Source of the DNA: Pseudovirgaria hyperparasitica
Lineage: Eukaryota
NCBI GenBank assembly: GCA_010093815.1
Contig: ML996574.1
Length of the DNA stretch: 64,000 bases
Reading direction: 5' to 3' (one strand)
A program made the translations under genes and the position numbers. Numbering within the stretch: the stretch's first letter is position 1; every line of letters begins with the position of its first letter. Of the stretch, positions 49,068 through 61,008 are shown in pieces. The notes under the pieces are model-generated. The model saw only the letters and a program-made list of their open reading frames with translations, made no database searches and was not told the origin of the DNA.

Positions 49068-50724
49068 ATGTCACCCTCCAAGAAGAAGCATAAGCTTGTA
49101 AGTCACACACATCACATGAGACGAAAACCTCAACTCACCCACTGACCCACGCAGCGCGACCACGACGAGACAAAGACAGCACGCAAAAAGCACAAGACCA
49201 CGCATTCGCCCGCTTCTACCACCACCACCTCACCAACCACTCGACCTCCCCACCCCTCCAAATCCACCACCGAACCTAATCCCACCGCAATCGTCGACAT
49301 CGACTTCCGCATGAAATACCTCTGCGCCAGCAGCTCCACGACCAAGCTCTTCAAGGACACAGTCCACGAACTGCTAGCCCTCAACCTGCCCCTCGAGACG
49401 CTGCATGACATCACGATCGACCGCCTGGTTCGCGATCTGCGGGCCCGTGGCGCAGGAGAGAAGAAACTTAGCCGTGCGGCTGCCGTTGCGAAGGGGGAGT
49501 TGGTGAGTGTTGTGGCGCGTCTGCTGGGGAGGCTTTGTGGGGATGATGAGGGGCGGGTGGTGGGTGCGATTGAGGTGCTTCGCTCGTGCTGTGTGGATGT
49601 GGCTGATAAGGTGGAACCAGTGGGAGATGTCGTTTCTGATTCTGATGATTCTGATTCTGATTCTGATGCTGAGACTGAGACTGATTCTGAGACTGATTCT
49701 GAGACCGAAAGTGAGACTGAGGCTGAGGCTGAGAAGAAAGAGGAAAAGAGAAGGGTCAAAGAAGATGCCGCGTCATCCTCTGGTTCGGATGATACAGGGA
49801 GCCTGAGTCCTCGCGCAGAAGAAAGGGTGCGAAGCAAAGTACCCAAAGATGCCAGTGAGGATCAGCCTTCGCCTGAAATGCAGATCAAACCTGAGCCTGT
49901 GGACACTACGCCTCACTTCTGGAGCGATCATTCGAGCTCAAATGATGAGGGCAGTGATGAAGCTAGTACGAAGACCATCGCAGTTGCGCACCGAAATCCC
50001 CCAACATCTATATTTCGAGCATTGATAAATGACCCTGTCTTGGCCAATAGTCCCAAAAACATCGCTGCAAGCGATTGGGTACGGCTAGGAGACGAACTAG
50101 TACGTATCATCGTCGCGCGTTCACCGGTAAGCAATGCCTCCAAAGTTTCCTCGTCTAGCACTAAGTGTGTAGTCTTTCAAGGTAAGCTCATGGCATTTCG
50201 GAAATGGTGTTGAGACATTTGTGAAGGATATCCCAGAGAATGTCAAACAGACGCTGAAAGGCAGTCTCGGTCACAATGGGTCCAAGATTGTGGGGCAGGT
50301 TAGACCATGGATCATTCGAAACTTAGACGTCTTTCCTGAGGTGAGAGGGCATGTCTCCCTTGTGAAATATCTTCAGCCGGTAAGTCACGGTGCGCCGCGA
50401 GTTTGGTACGTCAGCTCTCTCTGACTTTTGATAGGATATCTCACCAGTTTGTGATGTCCTTGTTGGACCTGAATTTTCTTTTTCATGGGACGATCGCAAG
50501 AACATCTCATCGATTCTGGTCTCAAACTTACTGGAATATATAGCTAAAAGAGTACGTTCAATTGAGGATATTCACTCCGAAGCTAATAGACCGTAGAGCC
50601 ACCCGCCGTGGGATATTCGATGTCCTTTTGTTGACCACATTAAACTACTTCAGATATGGGAAAGGAAGATTATGGCGATCAGCCAAACAAGATGGTCTCG
50701 ATTAAGAGCTACCCGTATCTTTGA
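49068..50724 (+). CDS. Hypothetical protein of the local orphan family, basic N-terminus, multi-exon
   Basis: MSPSKKKHKL|RDHDETK (intron 49098-49154) joins ORF 49311-50213. Further GT-AG introns near 50127, 50380 and 50552 keep the frame. Acidic DSDSETE linker and VRPWIIRNLDVFPEV motif. The 3' end is less certain. Confidence 0.7.
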
Positions 50725-51460
50725 GCCATATCTTCGGAAGCTCATACTGAAAAATCGTTCTCATTTCAGACAGCTTCACAAGAGTGAGTGGGCGAAGGAT
50801 TGGGAGTTCGTGACAGGAGAAACGTGGTAGTGACCGAAATTCGGGATGATCAAGCACGGCAGTTGGTGATGCGATATGAAGGCTTTCACATATACCAAGA
50901 GCACAACGCGATATATCCGTTGGTCTGCAAGGGGACTTCAAGTATCGAAGTGCTTTCATCGTAGTTGCCGGAAAAGCCTGCATATCAGTCATATGTGCAC
51001 TACTAACACAGCATTGCTCATGTAATAAGGAGGGCCAGTTAGTACCTAGCCAGGAACTAGCTATCCTAAGATCGTAGCTTGTCAAGCAATATGAGCAAGA
51101 CTTGAAAACACATAGGGAGTGAAGGAATATGCGACTATGTTTATACTCAATGAGATCTCAGTCAAAACTTATGAGAGGTCTTTTATCTTGTAGTATCTCA
51201 TGCTCTGTGGCATGAACGTAGCATATATATATTCCGACTCACAATGAACATTTACGCTCATAAGATTAGCACACATCTTGTAATAATTCGTTCCCACGTC
51301 AGCACGTGATTGCGCGATTGAGAAGGTGTTCCGCCTTGACTGCGTTGTATCTTCTCCTTCAATACCTCTGTTCACGAACGACGAACAAGTCCCACCTGGA
51401 GACCAAGCCACGACACTGCTTAGAGAATCTCTAAGAAGATGGAGGTGAGATCCGCGTACA

Positions 51461-53222
51461 GTGGATTACCATGGACTCAGCATTGATTTAGCAATACAGC
51501 GTGCCAAAGCTGGCAAACGTACGAGTGACTTAGCCTCTGGTGGTGAAGCAAAACGGCATCGAAGTAAAAAGGTATATCCTCTTCCACTTTGGCCTTATGA
51601 TTGGTTACTAACAAAGAATCGTAGCACTCTCCTGGTTCAAGTAGCGAACCTCCCAAAAAGCGCAAGAAGCAGACATCTTTGAGCAGTCATCAACACCAAG
51701 AAGATGAACAAGAAGAATACCCCCAGAAAGGCATCAAGATCGAAGACTACTCTACAAAGGCTGACAAACAAATCCGGTCGCGATTCCTCACTCTGAATGA
51801 GCTGGACTGTAACAGTGCAGTGTACAAAGACGCTGTCAAGGGGATTGTGGAGATATGCCTTCCAAGCTCCGAGCCAGCAATCCAGAAATTGAAAGAAATA
51901 GTAGCAGAGTATAAAGCCTATGGAGCAAGGAAAGACAAGCGAGCAGAATTCAAGAAGCAACTGAAACCAGCTATGCTGAAAAGGCTGGGAGAGTTTGTTG
52001 TTGAAGATTGCAAGAATTCGACCGAAGCCGCACTGTGCGCAGAAGTACTCGGACATGTTATACTCAAAGCTTCAACAAAGTTTGGAGACAAGATCAAAGA
52101 CATGCTACGCGATGCTCTCCGTCCTACGCCCATCGAAATATCGAGTGGGGACGAAGATATGGACGAAAGCGATGATGATGTACAACTAGTTGAAGCCGCG
52201 CGACCTGTACAGGCCTTCAGCAAGTCCGATGGCTGCGCTGTATCCGTTGAAGCTGAGTCGCAGCAAGTAGAAGGGGCCCCTGGATCTGTTGGTATCACCG
52301 TCGGATCATCTCGTCCACCAACAGCGCTTCCACCGAGCTCTGACACGGGACGTAAAAGGCCTTCCCTAGAAGCGACGAAGCGAGATGCTTGTCCAAAAGT
52401 TCTCGTCACTCCTCTATTCGATTTGCTCTGCCGATCCAATGCAGATTTCGGTAAAGTCATTCATGATATGCGCCCTCCAGTTTACTCGCATCTACTCTCT
52501 GCCATAAGGAAGAGGCTGACAATGTTTGTGAGTCTTGACGCCTGAGATATGACGAACCGTACAGGAGCTCACGTTAAAGCTAGAACGTTTCACGACGAAA
52601 CTTCAGTCAGTCATGTTGCACAAAACTCATAATAAACGATGCAATCCCCGACATGATGGCAATGATCGAAGATTTGAACTTGAACTCGTACATCAGTGCA
52701 TACGTTAATCAGCAAGATAGGCACAATGCAGTCGTGGAAAGTCTTGAGCGTATGCTTGAGCTGTACGTTCGAAGGCACCCACGTTTATTCCCCGATGTCG
52801 ATTGGCGTCTCAATGGCCTGCTTGTACTCGGCCTCCTTCGTGAGAACTCACAAGAGCTGAAGGCACTCTTCCCTACCTGCGCAGACCGTTTCGAACCACT
52901 CATCTATCAAATCCGTATGGCACTGTTAGATCGCACGCGTGCAAAGGTGCCAGACTCTGCGGCTTTGCTAGTACAGACAAACGGAGACTACTTGACTCGT
53001 TCCCCAGGCTGGAACATGAATATCTCCGATTCGTGTACGGGCTTGGAAAGCGACTTGAGATCAAAGTTTGAAGCTTCGCGAACGATGAAATGCAACATGG
53101 CGGATATTGAGTTTCTGATTGAAGACACGCTGGAAGCTTTTGCGTTGTATGAACCAAGGGCATTTCCGGAGTTCTCTAAGGCGCAGTGGGACGTGATCAA
53201 GAAGCGTCAGTCGGCAAGCTAG
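51461..53222 (+). CDS. Hypothetical protein of the local orphan family with two C-terminal modules; start uncertain
   Basis: Introns near 51572-51623 and 52528-52583 join ORFs 51461, 51679 and 52653 in frame. KKRKK basic motif and two FP[DE] modules. Confidence 0.7.
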
Positions 53223-53422
53223 GTCCCATGGGGAGGAGTCTCTAGAAGCGAGAGTATACAGGAGGCGCTGATCTACTCATGGAACTGGGAAAGGTTGAGG
53301 GAGCCATTACAAGGAAATTCGAGCATGTTGTCAGTTGAAGGTCAGCGTGTTCCGAACTAAATAGCCAACATACCTACAAACCACATCATACTCCAACCGC
53401 ACACCCTTCTTCCAAGCTAATC

Positions 53423-54337
53423 CTACTCCATCCACTCCAACGCCCTCCAAACCCCCCTCTCCACATCCTCCTTAATAACCACCGCATCCTCCTCCGTAAC
53501 ACTCGTCCCAAACCCCCCAGTCTCCACCAAAAACTCCCTCTCCCCCTCCGCATCCCCCCTCCCCAACGCCCGATTCCGATACGGATACCGACCAAACCGC
53601 TCAACAATCGGCTCATGCGCATCCAACAACCAACAAAAATGAAACGCTCTCTCCGCCAACCCCCCAGCAGCAGGCCACCCACCCTTCGCAATCCGCGCAA
53701 ACGCATACACATCTCCCGACTCCCGCAACAAGTCCCCACGCGCAACCTGCGCCTGGAAAAGCGCGTCCTCGACGCCGAAACGCGCCTCGACACGTGCTCG
53801 CAGATCGGCGACGGCGGGCTGCATGTACGTATGATGCACGGCGCGATCCTCGCTGTGTGCGTATGGCGCGGCGAGGAACGTGGCGATGATGACCCAGTGC
53901 TCGAAGGAGTAGCCTTGGTCGAGCCAGCGCTGGGGCGTGTCGAGACGATGCGTGGGCGGGAGGGCGGCGAGGTGGAGGCGGAGGGTGAGGGCGAGGGGGT
54001 CGAAGAAGGCGTTGCGCCAGCGCTCGTTGGGGCCGGTGCAGAGGTATCGGGGGGCTTGGTCGAGGAGGATGATGAGGCCTGTTGCGGTTTCGGGGAAGGA
54101 AGAGGAGGAGGGTGGTGGGAGGAGGGGGGTGAGGTCTGCGGGGGGATTGTGGGGGAGGGTGGTGGAGAGGGCGAGGAGGGAGGGCCAGCAGAGGGTGTGC
54201 CAGATGGGGTTTGTGGCTGCTGCGTTGTTTGAGGCCCAGAGGGGGCCGGTTGGGGGTGTGGATTTGGGCCAGGGGATCATGAGCTCGAAGATGGAGTGGA
54301 GGAGGGATAGGGTGATTGTATTTTTGAGGGTCTCCAT
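53423..54337 (-). CDS. DUF924 family protein
   Basis: GLIILLDQAPR, APYAHSED and HEPIVERFGRYPYRNRALGR...EREFL are characteristic DUF924 motifs. Confidence 0.9.
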   Translation of the reverse strand: METLKNTITLSLLHSIFELMIPWPKSTPPTGPLWASNNAAATNPIWHTLCWPSLLALSTTLPHNPPADLTPLLPPPSSSSFPETATGLIILLDQAPRYLCTGPNERWRNAFFDPLALTLRLHLAALPPTHRLDTPQRWLDQGYSFEHWVIIATFLAAPYAHSEDRAVHHTYMQPAVADLRARVEARFGVEDALFQAQVARGDLLRESGDVYAFARIAKGGWPAAGGLAERAFHFCWLLDAHEPIVERFGRYPYRNRALGRGDAEGEREFLVETGGFGTSVTEEDAVVIKEDVERGVWRALEWME

Positions 54338-54921
54338 GGTGGAGCGTGGAGAAGGTGATTCTTCGAGGGAGTGTTTGGCTTGGATATGCTTGCTTTGAGG
54401 AAGTGGTTTGGTGCTTTGGAATTCACCTTGGCTTGACGTCCACGGATTCAAGTTGGACCTTAGTGCTTACCAATCTTTGGTTAATCCTTAGATGTCGATC
54501 CCTACATTGAAACATGGCCTGGAGTCTTGTATACAGCGCAAACTATTAATGGATGATATGCTCTTGCAAGTATGAATTTCGCACATGACGTTCTCGCATT
54601 CGGGTTTAGTCGTTTTTAACTTCGAGAAGCACGTCCCATACCGGCTGGTCGATCCACGCAGAGGTTCTATATCGGACATCAATTGGTTCGTATGACACTT
54701 TGCGAGCGTTGATATGCCTGTAGTTCTGGAAAAGACTTCTGCAAGGTGTGTGAGCGAAATGAAGAGACACGGTCAAATATTCGATTTTTGCCTTGCTTCT
54801 TCTGGGAGAAGCCCCTTGCTACGCCGATGGATGTTCCAATGTAATGCCATACAACATGCCGACCACGGCGGCCACAATGCCCTCTTTCATGTCCATACTG
54901 CCCCCAGACCCATTGCCACGT

Positions 54922-55271
54922 TTATCTCAGTCTCCTGGCCTCACGTTCGGACTCGAGCAAGCAGAGGATGTCGTTCTCACGGACTAAGGCTTTACGTCAG
55001 CGAATCTTCTTCTTCCACAGATTCCGAATAATATGGGCGTACCTGGGCCCTTGACGTTGCGGATGATGCTTCGGGTTTGGTCGTCCATGAACTCGACGCG
55101 CACTTGTGTGACACCACCACGGGAGCCTGGACTCGCATTAGTCGGTTCTTTCATTCACAGCCCTCCTCTAATTCTTTTCCATCAGCGCGAGGAGCGTCGG
55201 AGCGACGTACCGGTTCGGCCCAACACGCGGGTGACCTTGACGAGCTTTACGGGGACCTTTGCGGAATCCAT
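54922..55271 (-). CDS. RPS28: 40S ribosomal protein S28 (eS28), 3 exons
   Basis: Exons 55271-55211, 55126-55043, 54983-54922 give [68 protein letters not shown]. Confidence 0.98.
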
Positions 55272-55527
55272 CTTGTATTCTGCGGGGGGACGTGAGTAGA
55301 GGTTCGAAACGGTGTCACAGTTTTGTGATCTTCGAGTCGTGCGGAGGGGCGTACTTGTAGTGAGAAGAGAGACGGTGCGGTCGTTGTTGCGAAAGGCGGT
55401 TGTTGGAGCTGCGGAGTGAGAGATGTCGTCGGCGTGTAGAATGTCGATTTCTGTGTGGGCACCAGAAAACTTAGCGAGCTTGAGAACAGCCACGTTCATT
55501 GGCTGAAATGGTTAGTGCGCACTTGAA

Positions 55528-55548
55528 GTGGCTCAGTCACTGAGCCAC
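55528..55548. promoter_or_regulatory. Inverted repeat containing a Homol-D-like CAGTCAC in the RPS28/HIS1 divergent promoter
   Basis: GTGGCTCAGT-C-ACTGAGCCAC. CAGTCAC(A) is the known fungal ribosomal-protein promoter element. Confidence 0.5.
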
Positions 55549-55650
55549 AGCTGGGCACGCGCCATACCTTCCCCAAGCTGGTTTCCGATTTCGGACATAA
55601 TCATCCATCTCCGTCTCTGCATCTGCCCCACACAATCTACGAAATGTTCA

Positions 55651-55894
55651 GAGTCATCTTTCTCTCTTTGACGCGTCTCTGCTTCGACTGATTGCGTTGA
55701 TTCTTTTGATCAATTGAGCCTTCAGCTGATCACCAGATCTCCTCCATCTGCCTCACTATTCACTCCAGACTCAACTTACGTGGACGCCTCGACAATCGCG
55801 ACATCGAGCTTGTACTCCCCCGCTATCTGCTTCGCCCAATTACGTCCACACGTGGTCCAACCAGCTGCCACGAATAGCAGGTCGCTTAGAGTCA
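55651..55894. promoter_or_regulatory. Two Gcn4/CpcA-type core sites (GAGTCA) upstream of HIS1
   Basis: GAGTCA at 55651 and 55889. Histidine genes are classic cross-pathway-control targets, but a 6-mer can occur by chance. Confidence 0.35.
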
Positions 55895-56078
55895 CCGCAT
55901 CGCGACCAGGGCGACAGCGGCACTTGGACAGTCATATCAATTGCCACCTAGTGTTTGAACTGCTGTTGTACCCTCCCACGGCAGGCCACTCAATTGAAGG
56001 GCATAACAATCTGCAGGCGTTCAGCAGCAGCTAGTGTATAGTAGGCTTGTCCTACAATTCACCTTCATATACCCTAAA

Positions 56079-57460
56079 ATGCAGTCTCAAATGGACTCGA
56101 TCCACTCTTCGTGAGCTCCCCCGCCTTCCTCTCACTCTATAATGGGATCTCTCCACCAATATGTTCCGGAGAGGAGGTTGTCGCGCTCATTGCCAACACT
56201 GAATGACCATATCGGCAGTCTGAACGAGCGCTTGCTCTTCGCCGTACCCAAGAGTGAGCATGCCCGCCAGCTTTGTATCATGATTCGCACATATGGACTC
56301 ACACCTGCGCAGAGGGCCGTCTCAATGAAGCCTCCCTTGAGCTCCTGAAGGGCTCCGATATACAGTTTCACCGCCACTCAAGGCTCGACATTGCGCTCGT
56401 CAAGAACCTTCCGATTGCGCTCGTCTTTCTCCCTGCGGCAGATATCCCTACATTCGTTGGCGAGGGTCGTGTAGACCTTGGCATTACAGGGCGGGACCAG
56501 GTCGCAGAACACGCTGCGTCAGAGCCCCCGACGCCGACAACTGGTGTCGAAGAGGTGCTGGATCTCGAGTTCGGGAGGTGTAAACTTCAAGTCCAGGTCC
56601 CGAAGAATGGACCGTTCCAGACGGTGGAGTCGCTGGTTGGGCGCAATGTAGTCACAAGTTTCACAAATCTTGCCGAAGAATTCTTTGCTCGGATAGAAGC
56701 TCAGATAGACGCAAAAGAGCAGGGAACAGCCGTAGCGGACACGACCAAAACTAGCGAGGCAAGGAAGTTGAGGACACACATCAAGTACGTTGGCGGCAGC
56801 GTCGAAGCTGCGTGTGCCTTGGGTGTGGCAGACGGTATTGTCGATCTCGTTGGTGAGTATCTTCGTCTCGCCTCCTGACACCTTCTCACGACTGCAGAAT
56901 CCGGCGAAACGATGCGCGCAGCTGGCCTCCATGAAATCGCCACCGTCAAAGAAACTACTGCAATCCTCGTCAAGTCCAAACAACCCGCACACCCCGAGCT
57001 CATCGAGCGGATCGTCAAGCGCATCGAAGGCGTGATAAGTAAGCTCTCCACCACCAACCTCTTCTTCTCACACACAAACTGACCCCTATATTTCTCAGCC
57101 GCCCAAAAGTACGTCCTCTGCACATATAACATCCCCCGCCGCGACCTCGCCATCGCCAAGCGCATCACACCCGGCAAGCGCTCGCCCACCGTCACCTCGC
57201 TCGAGCCCGTCGACGGCGAGGACTGGGTCGCGATCCAAGCCATGGTGCTGCGCAGCAAGATTGCTGTCGTCATGGACGATCTTGCAGCCAAGGGCGCGGT
57301 CGATATTATAATCACCAAGATTGACAACACGCGCGCCACGACGCACGATCCGAATGGCCGCTCGGGATCCATCTCGAGCCCGACGGCGCCGTTTGCGGAG
57401 GCTCAGGGCTCGAGTGTGTTTGCTGCGGTCGGCGGGGTTGTGAATGGCGGCCAGGAGTAG
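56079..57460 (+). CDS. HIS1: ATP phosphoribosyltransferase, 5 exons
   Basis: RLLFAVPK|KGRL, FLPAADIPTFVGEGRVDLGITGRDQ, GGSVEAACALGVADGIVDLV|ESGETMRAAGL, TPGKRSPTV. Confidence 0.97.
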
Positions 57461-57777
57461 GAGGTTTATGTTTGGAGGGCGGGGTTCGGAGGTAGCATGT
57501 AGATTATACACAACACACAACGAGAAATAAGGTTTGGATACACGGTCATGTAGGAGATTAGATAGATTGAATCGTACCTCTCTGTCTGTCTGTCATCCAG
57601 AAAGTTTCGTTCAGCAGTCAAAGGGAGCTATACACACATATACACGTAAAGAATAGATTCATGACAGCCAGTTCTATTTTCGAACGGAAAAGTCTGTGTT
57701 ACGAGGGCATGAGAGATCAGAATGGCGACGTGAGTGTGTGTTTGTGTGTGTTTACCTTCATGGAGGGGAGGGGGATA

Positions 57778-57860
57778 GGAGGAGGGAGAAAAGGAGGAGG
57801 GAGAAAAGGAGGAGGGAGAAAAGGAGGAGGGAGAAAAGGAGGAGGGAGAAAAGGAGGAGG
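57778..57860. repeat. 15-bp tandem repeat (GGAGGAGGGAGAAAA)~5
   Basis: Directly visible, between convergent 3' ends. Confidence 0.9.
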
Positions 57861-58161
57861 AAGATGAAGCGGGCATGCGTTTCGAAAATAGACATAGCCT
57901 GTTGATACTGTATACGTTCTTACCCCTGTTGTAATGAGATAGCAGGCGAGCAAGCAGTGTTGGGACGGTTGACATTGGAGCGGATTGGTATTGGTATAAA
58001 GTACCTTCACTCTCTCTGTCCGTCGTTCCTCCATTTCTCATTAATGAAGAGACGTGTTGCATTTGTACATCCTACTACGTACGTCGCTTTCACACATGCC
58101 TCATGACTTCCACTCAGCCAATCATTCATTCATTCATTCATCCATTCACTCATCCCGTGAA

Positions 58162-61008
58162 TCACCCAAAGAACTCGCCCGACACAAGCGTCTCCCACGG
58201 CTCGCCCGTTTCCCAGACCTTCTCCATCAGCGTACGCGCCTTATGCACCTACGCAAACATTAGTCTCTCCAAGCTCAGCAAGATGGCCAACAACAGCAAC
58301 AACATACCTGAATCATGCCAAACCCCTCCCCATTAATCATCCGATCCATAATCCTCTCCCTATGCACCCCCTCCAACGCCTCACACCCCGCCGTAAACAG
58401 CGGAAACAAGACACACGCCTCCGCCGTACCGCCCTTGCGCACCCGGCCCAACTTCTCGATAATCTCCGCAATCGCGTCCTGGACCTGCGCGTCGGCGCGC
58501 GGGCGGCCCAGCACCCGACGCAGCAAGTGTATGATGCCGGCGCAGTGAAACATGGTGTTGGTAGCGAAGATCTCGAGGGCGTCCCAGCCGGCCTCGTGGT
58601 GGTCGTCGTCGTCGAGGCCGAGGACGATGTCGGGGGTGTGGGAGTGGGAATGCGGCATGCTGGGCCGGTGGCGACAGCCCTTGTAGACGTGGTTTTTGCC
58701 GGCGTGGAGGTCGGCGAGGAGGCGGTGGGCTTGGGCGGCGATGGCGGGCGGAGGGTGCCAGTTTGGGCGGATGGCGCCGGTGGGGTCGAAGCGGGCTGGC
58801 TCGCAGGACTTTGCGAGGGCGGCGACGCGGGCGAGGTAGCCGACGCAGCGGGTGGTGAAGCCGAAGAAGCAGTCGATGCGCCAGTCGTCGTCGGGGGAGG
58901 AGGAGGAGTCGAGGCCGTCGGCGACCCAGTAGGTTGAGGTGAGCGGGTGGTGGTGGTCGTTTTTGGAGCCGGAGAGGGAGCCGAGCACGTCGAGGTAGGC
59001 GAACCAGCGGGAGAGGAAGTAGGGGACTTGGTCGCGGCGCTGGATGGATTGGAGGCCGCCGCGGGCGACGATCATTTGGCGGGCGAGCTTGAGGTGGTTT
59101 TGCCAGGGGATCTGGACCTCGAAGGCGGATGGGGAGATGATTTCGAGGGAGACGAGCATGATGGCTGTGGTGAGGCTGCTGTCGGATACAGGGGCGGACG
59201 GGCCGGTGGAGTTTGTGTTGTCGATGGAGCGGCGGAGCTGGGGGAAGACGTGCTGGACCCAGTGAGCGATGCGATTGGCAGGCTCGCGGTGGCCAAGAAG
59301 ACGCGCTCGATGTGAGGCAGAGAATGCCAAGAGGAGGTCGAGCAGGATGTCGTCGCGTACAGCCACTGGTAGGCGAATGATTAGTTAGCATGCTGGGACA
59401 GAGGGCACATGGTGCAGAGACTCACGCTTGGGTAGGACGTTTCTGAAGGGATTATCCTCGCAGTCGTGAGGCACCAGAATTCTGGCGGTGTGATTGATAA
59501 AGTGGTGGAAATACAAGAGGTTCATCGGATGGTCGAGAAGCTTAGCGGGCAGTGGTTCGAGCTCTTTTGAGATCTTGATTGGCACTGGTTTGGCATAGTA
59601 TCCGCCCTTCTCAAAGGCGTTATCCCTGATGCTGTTGTCCTTGAAGCCAGGCGAGTCGTAGCCAGAGCGGTACGATGTAGGAGGGCTGAATTGACGTATG
59701 GCGTTCTGGTCGTCATTTCTGGGTGTATCTTGGTCTGGATCGCCGATATCGTAGCCGTAGGTCGTGTGTTTGGCAGTATACATAGGGTAATGGTGGCGAC
59801 TCTTGCCATGGATCGAGTCAAATCGTCCTTCGACGCCGTTTGAACCTGCTAGCAGAGCATGAACGGAGAGCCGTGCTTCTGAATCTGACGTAAGGTGCTG
59901 AGACTCTCTTCTCGACGGCCGGATTCCCTCATCAGAATTTCCAGATGACCCAGGGGTGATGGGCGTGCTGAAGCCATATGGGGTCACAGAGCCAGGTCGT
60001 GGCGAGCAAGAATGATCATACATGTTTGGGCCTAGTCTGTCGTTGAGCATCTCAGACCTCATGCTGCTGATAGAAGGAGACGGCGTGTCCTGAGTCGGAC
60101 TGAGTCGCAGTCTTTTCGTCCGGTGATCAGGAGGCTCAAATGGGTCCTGGAAAGAGACTGAAGAATCCTGCGGGATCGGCACATTTCGACTTGGAGGTGG
60201 CATATTGGAGGGTGGAGAGCCAGAGCTATTGCTACGTGACCCGTTTGTACCATTGCTCTGCCCGTCAGATTCGACCTTGATGTCAGTGGGAGAGATGAAA
60301 TCCAAGGAGGAGTTCCGATGGTGGGCATTCAGGCGAGAGTCGACGGGAGCCGAAGTGACGGCCTTGAGAGCCTTGTTCATCTGGGTTTGTAGGGAATCCT
60401 GAGCAGGAGACAGCACTGGAGAGAATTGGAATTTGCCATTCTGAGCGCTGCGTGGACTGACTGCCGAGTTTGCCAATGTCGGAGAGGCGTGAGAAGAAAA
60501 GGACTGATTAACAGACGTGTCCAGAGGCGCGATAGACGAGGACTTTGGGCGAGACGAAGATTGCTGATGATGCTGGGGAAAAGAGTACTGGCTTTGAGCA
60601 AACTGCAACGTGGGACCAGTCGGAGACATGGTTGAGACGGAGAAAGTCGAGGTGTGTGGACTTTGCGCATGACTACTACCAAAATCAGACGTATCTGCAT
60701 CGAGAGACATCTTCTTTGCACGACCGCTCCAATTGAGACGAATGCTGTAGTCGCAGGTCTCGCCCTGACGTTTGCAGTTGAGACACATAGGCTTCTCTTC
60801 GCCGCTGTAAACATGTTACTCAAAGGGCTTAGTGGACCACAGAGGGGTAAGCAGGCAGACGTACCATTTCACTTTTCGTGCCTTGCATGGCCTTTTTGAT
60901 AACAAAGTCAGTAAAACAGGACAAGACTATACAGAGAGTGACATACCAACAGCCATTGCGACTCCTCTTCTTTGGTTCCGGAGCGCCGTCTTTCTTTGGG
61001 CGCGGCAT
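58162..61008 (-). CDS. Zn(II)2Cys6 transcription factor with fungal-specific C-terminal domain (Fungal_trans_2-like), 5 exons
   Basis: Spliced N-terminus RSRNGCW|PCKARKVKC|GEEKPMCLNCKRQGETCDY, then LYFHHFINHTARILVP..NPF, LLAFSASH, WFAYLDVLGSLS, LFPLFTAGCEA. Confidence 0.93.

Noticed and set aside
58362..59391. Long alternative-frame and antisense ORFs inside GC-rich genes (also at 21.5, 32.3, 34.2 and 53.6 kb)
   Set aside because: Explained by high GC3 codon bias in the real gene, which depletes stops in other frames.
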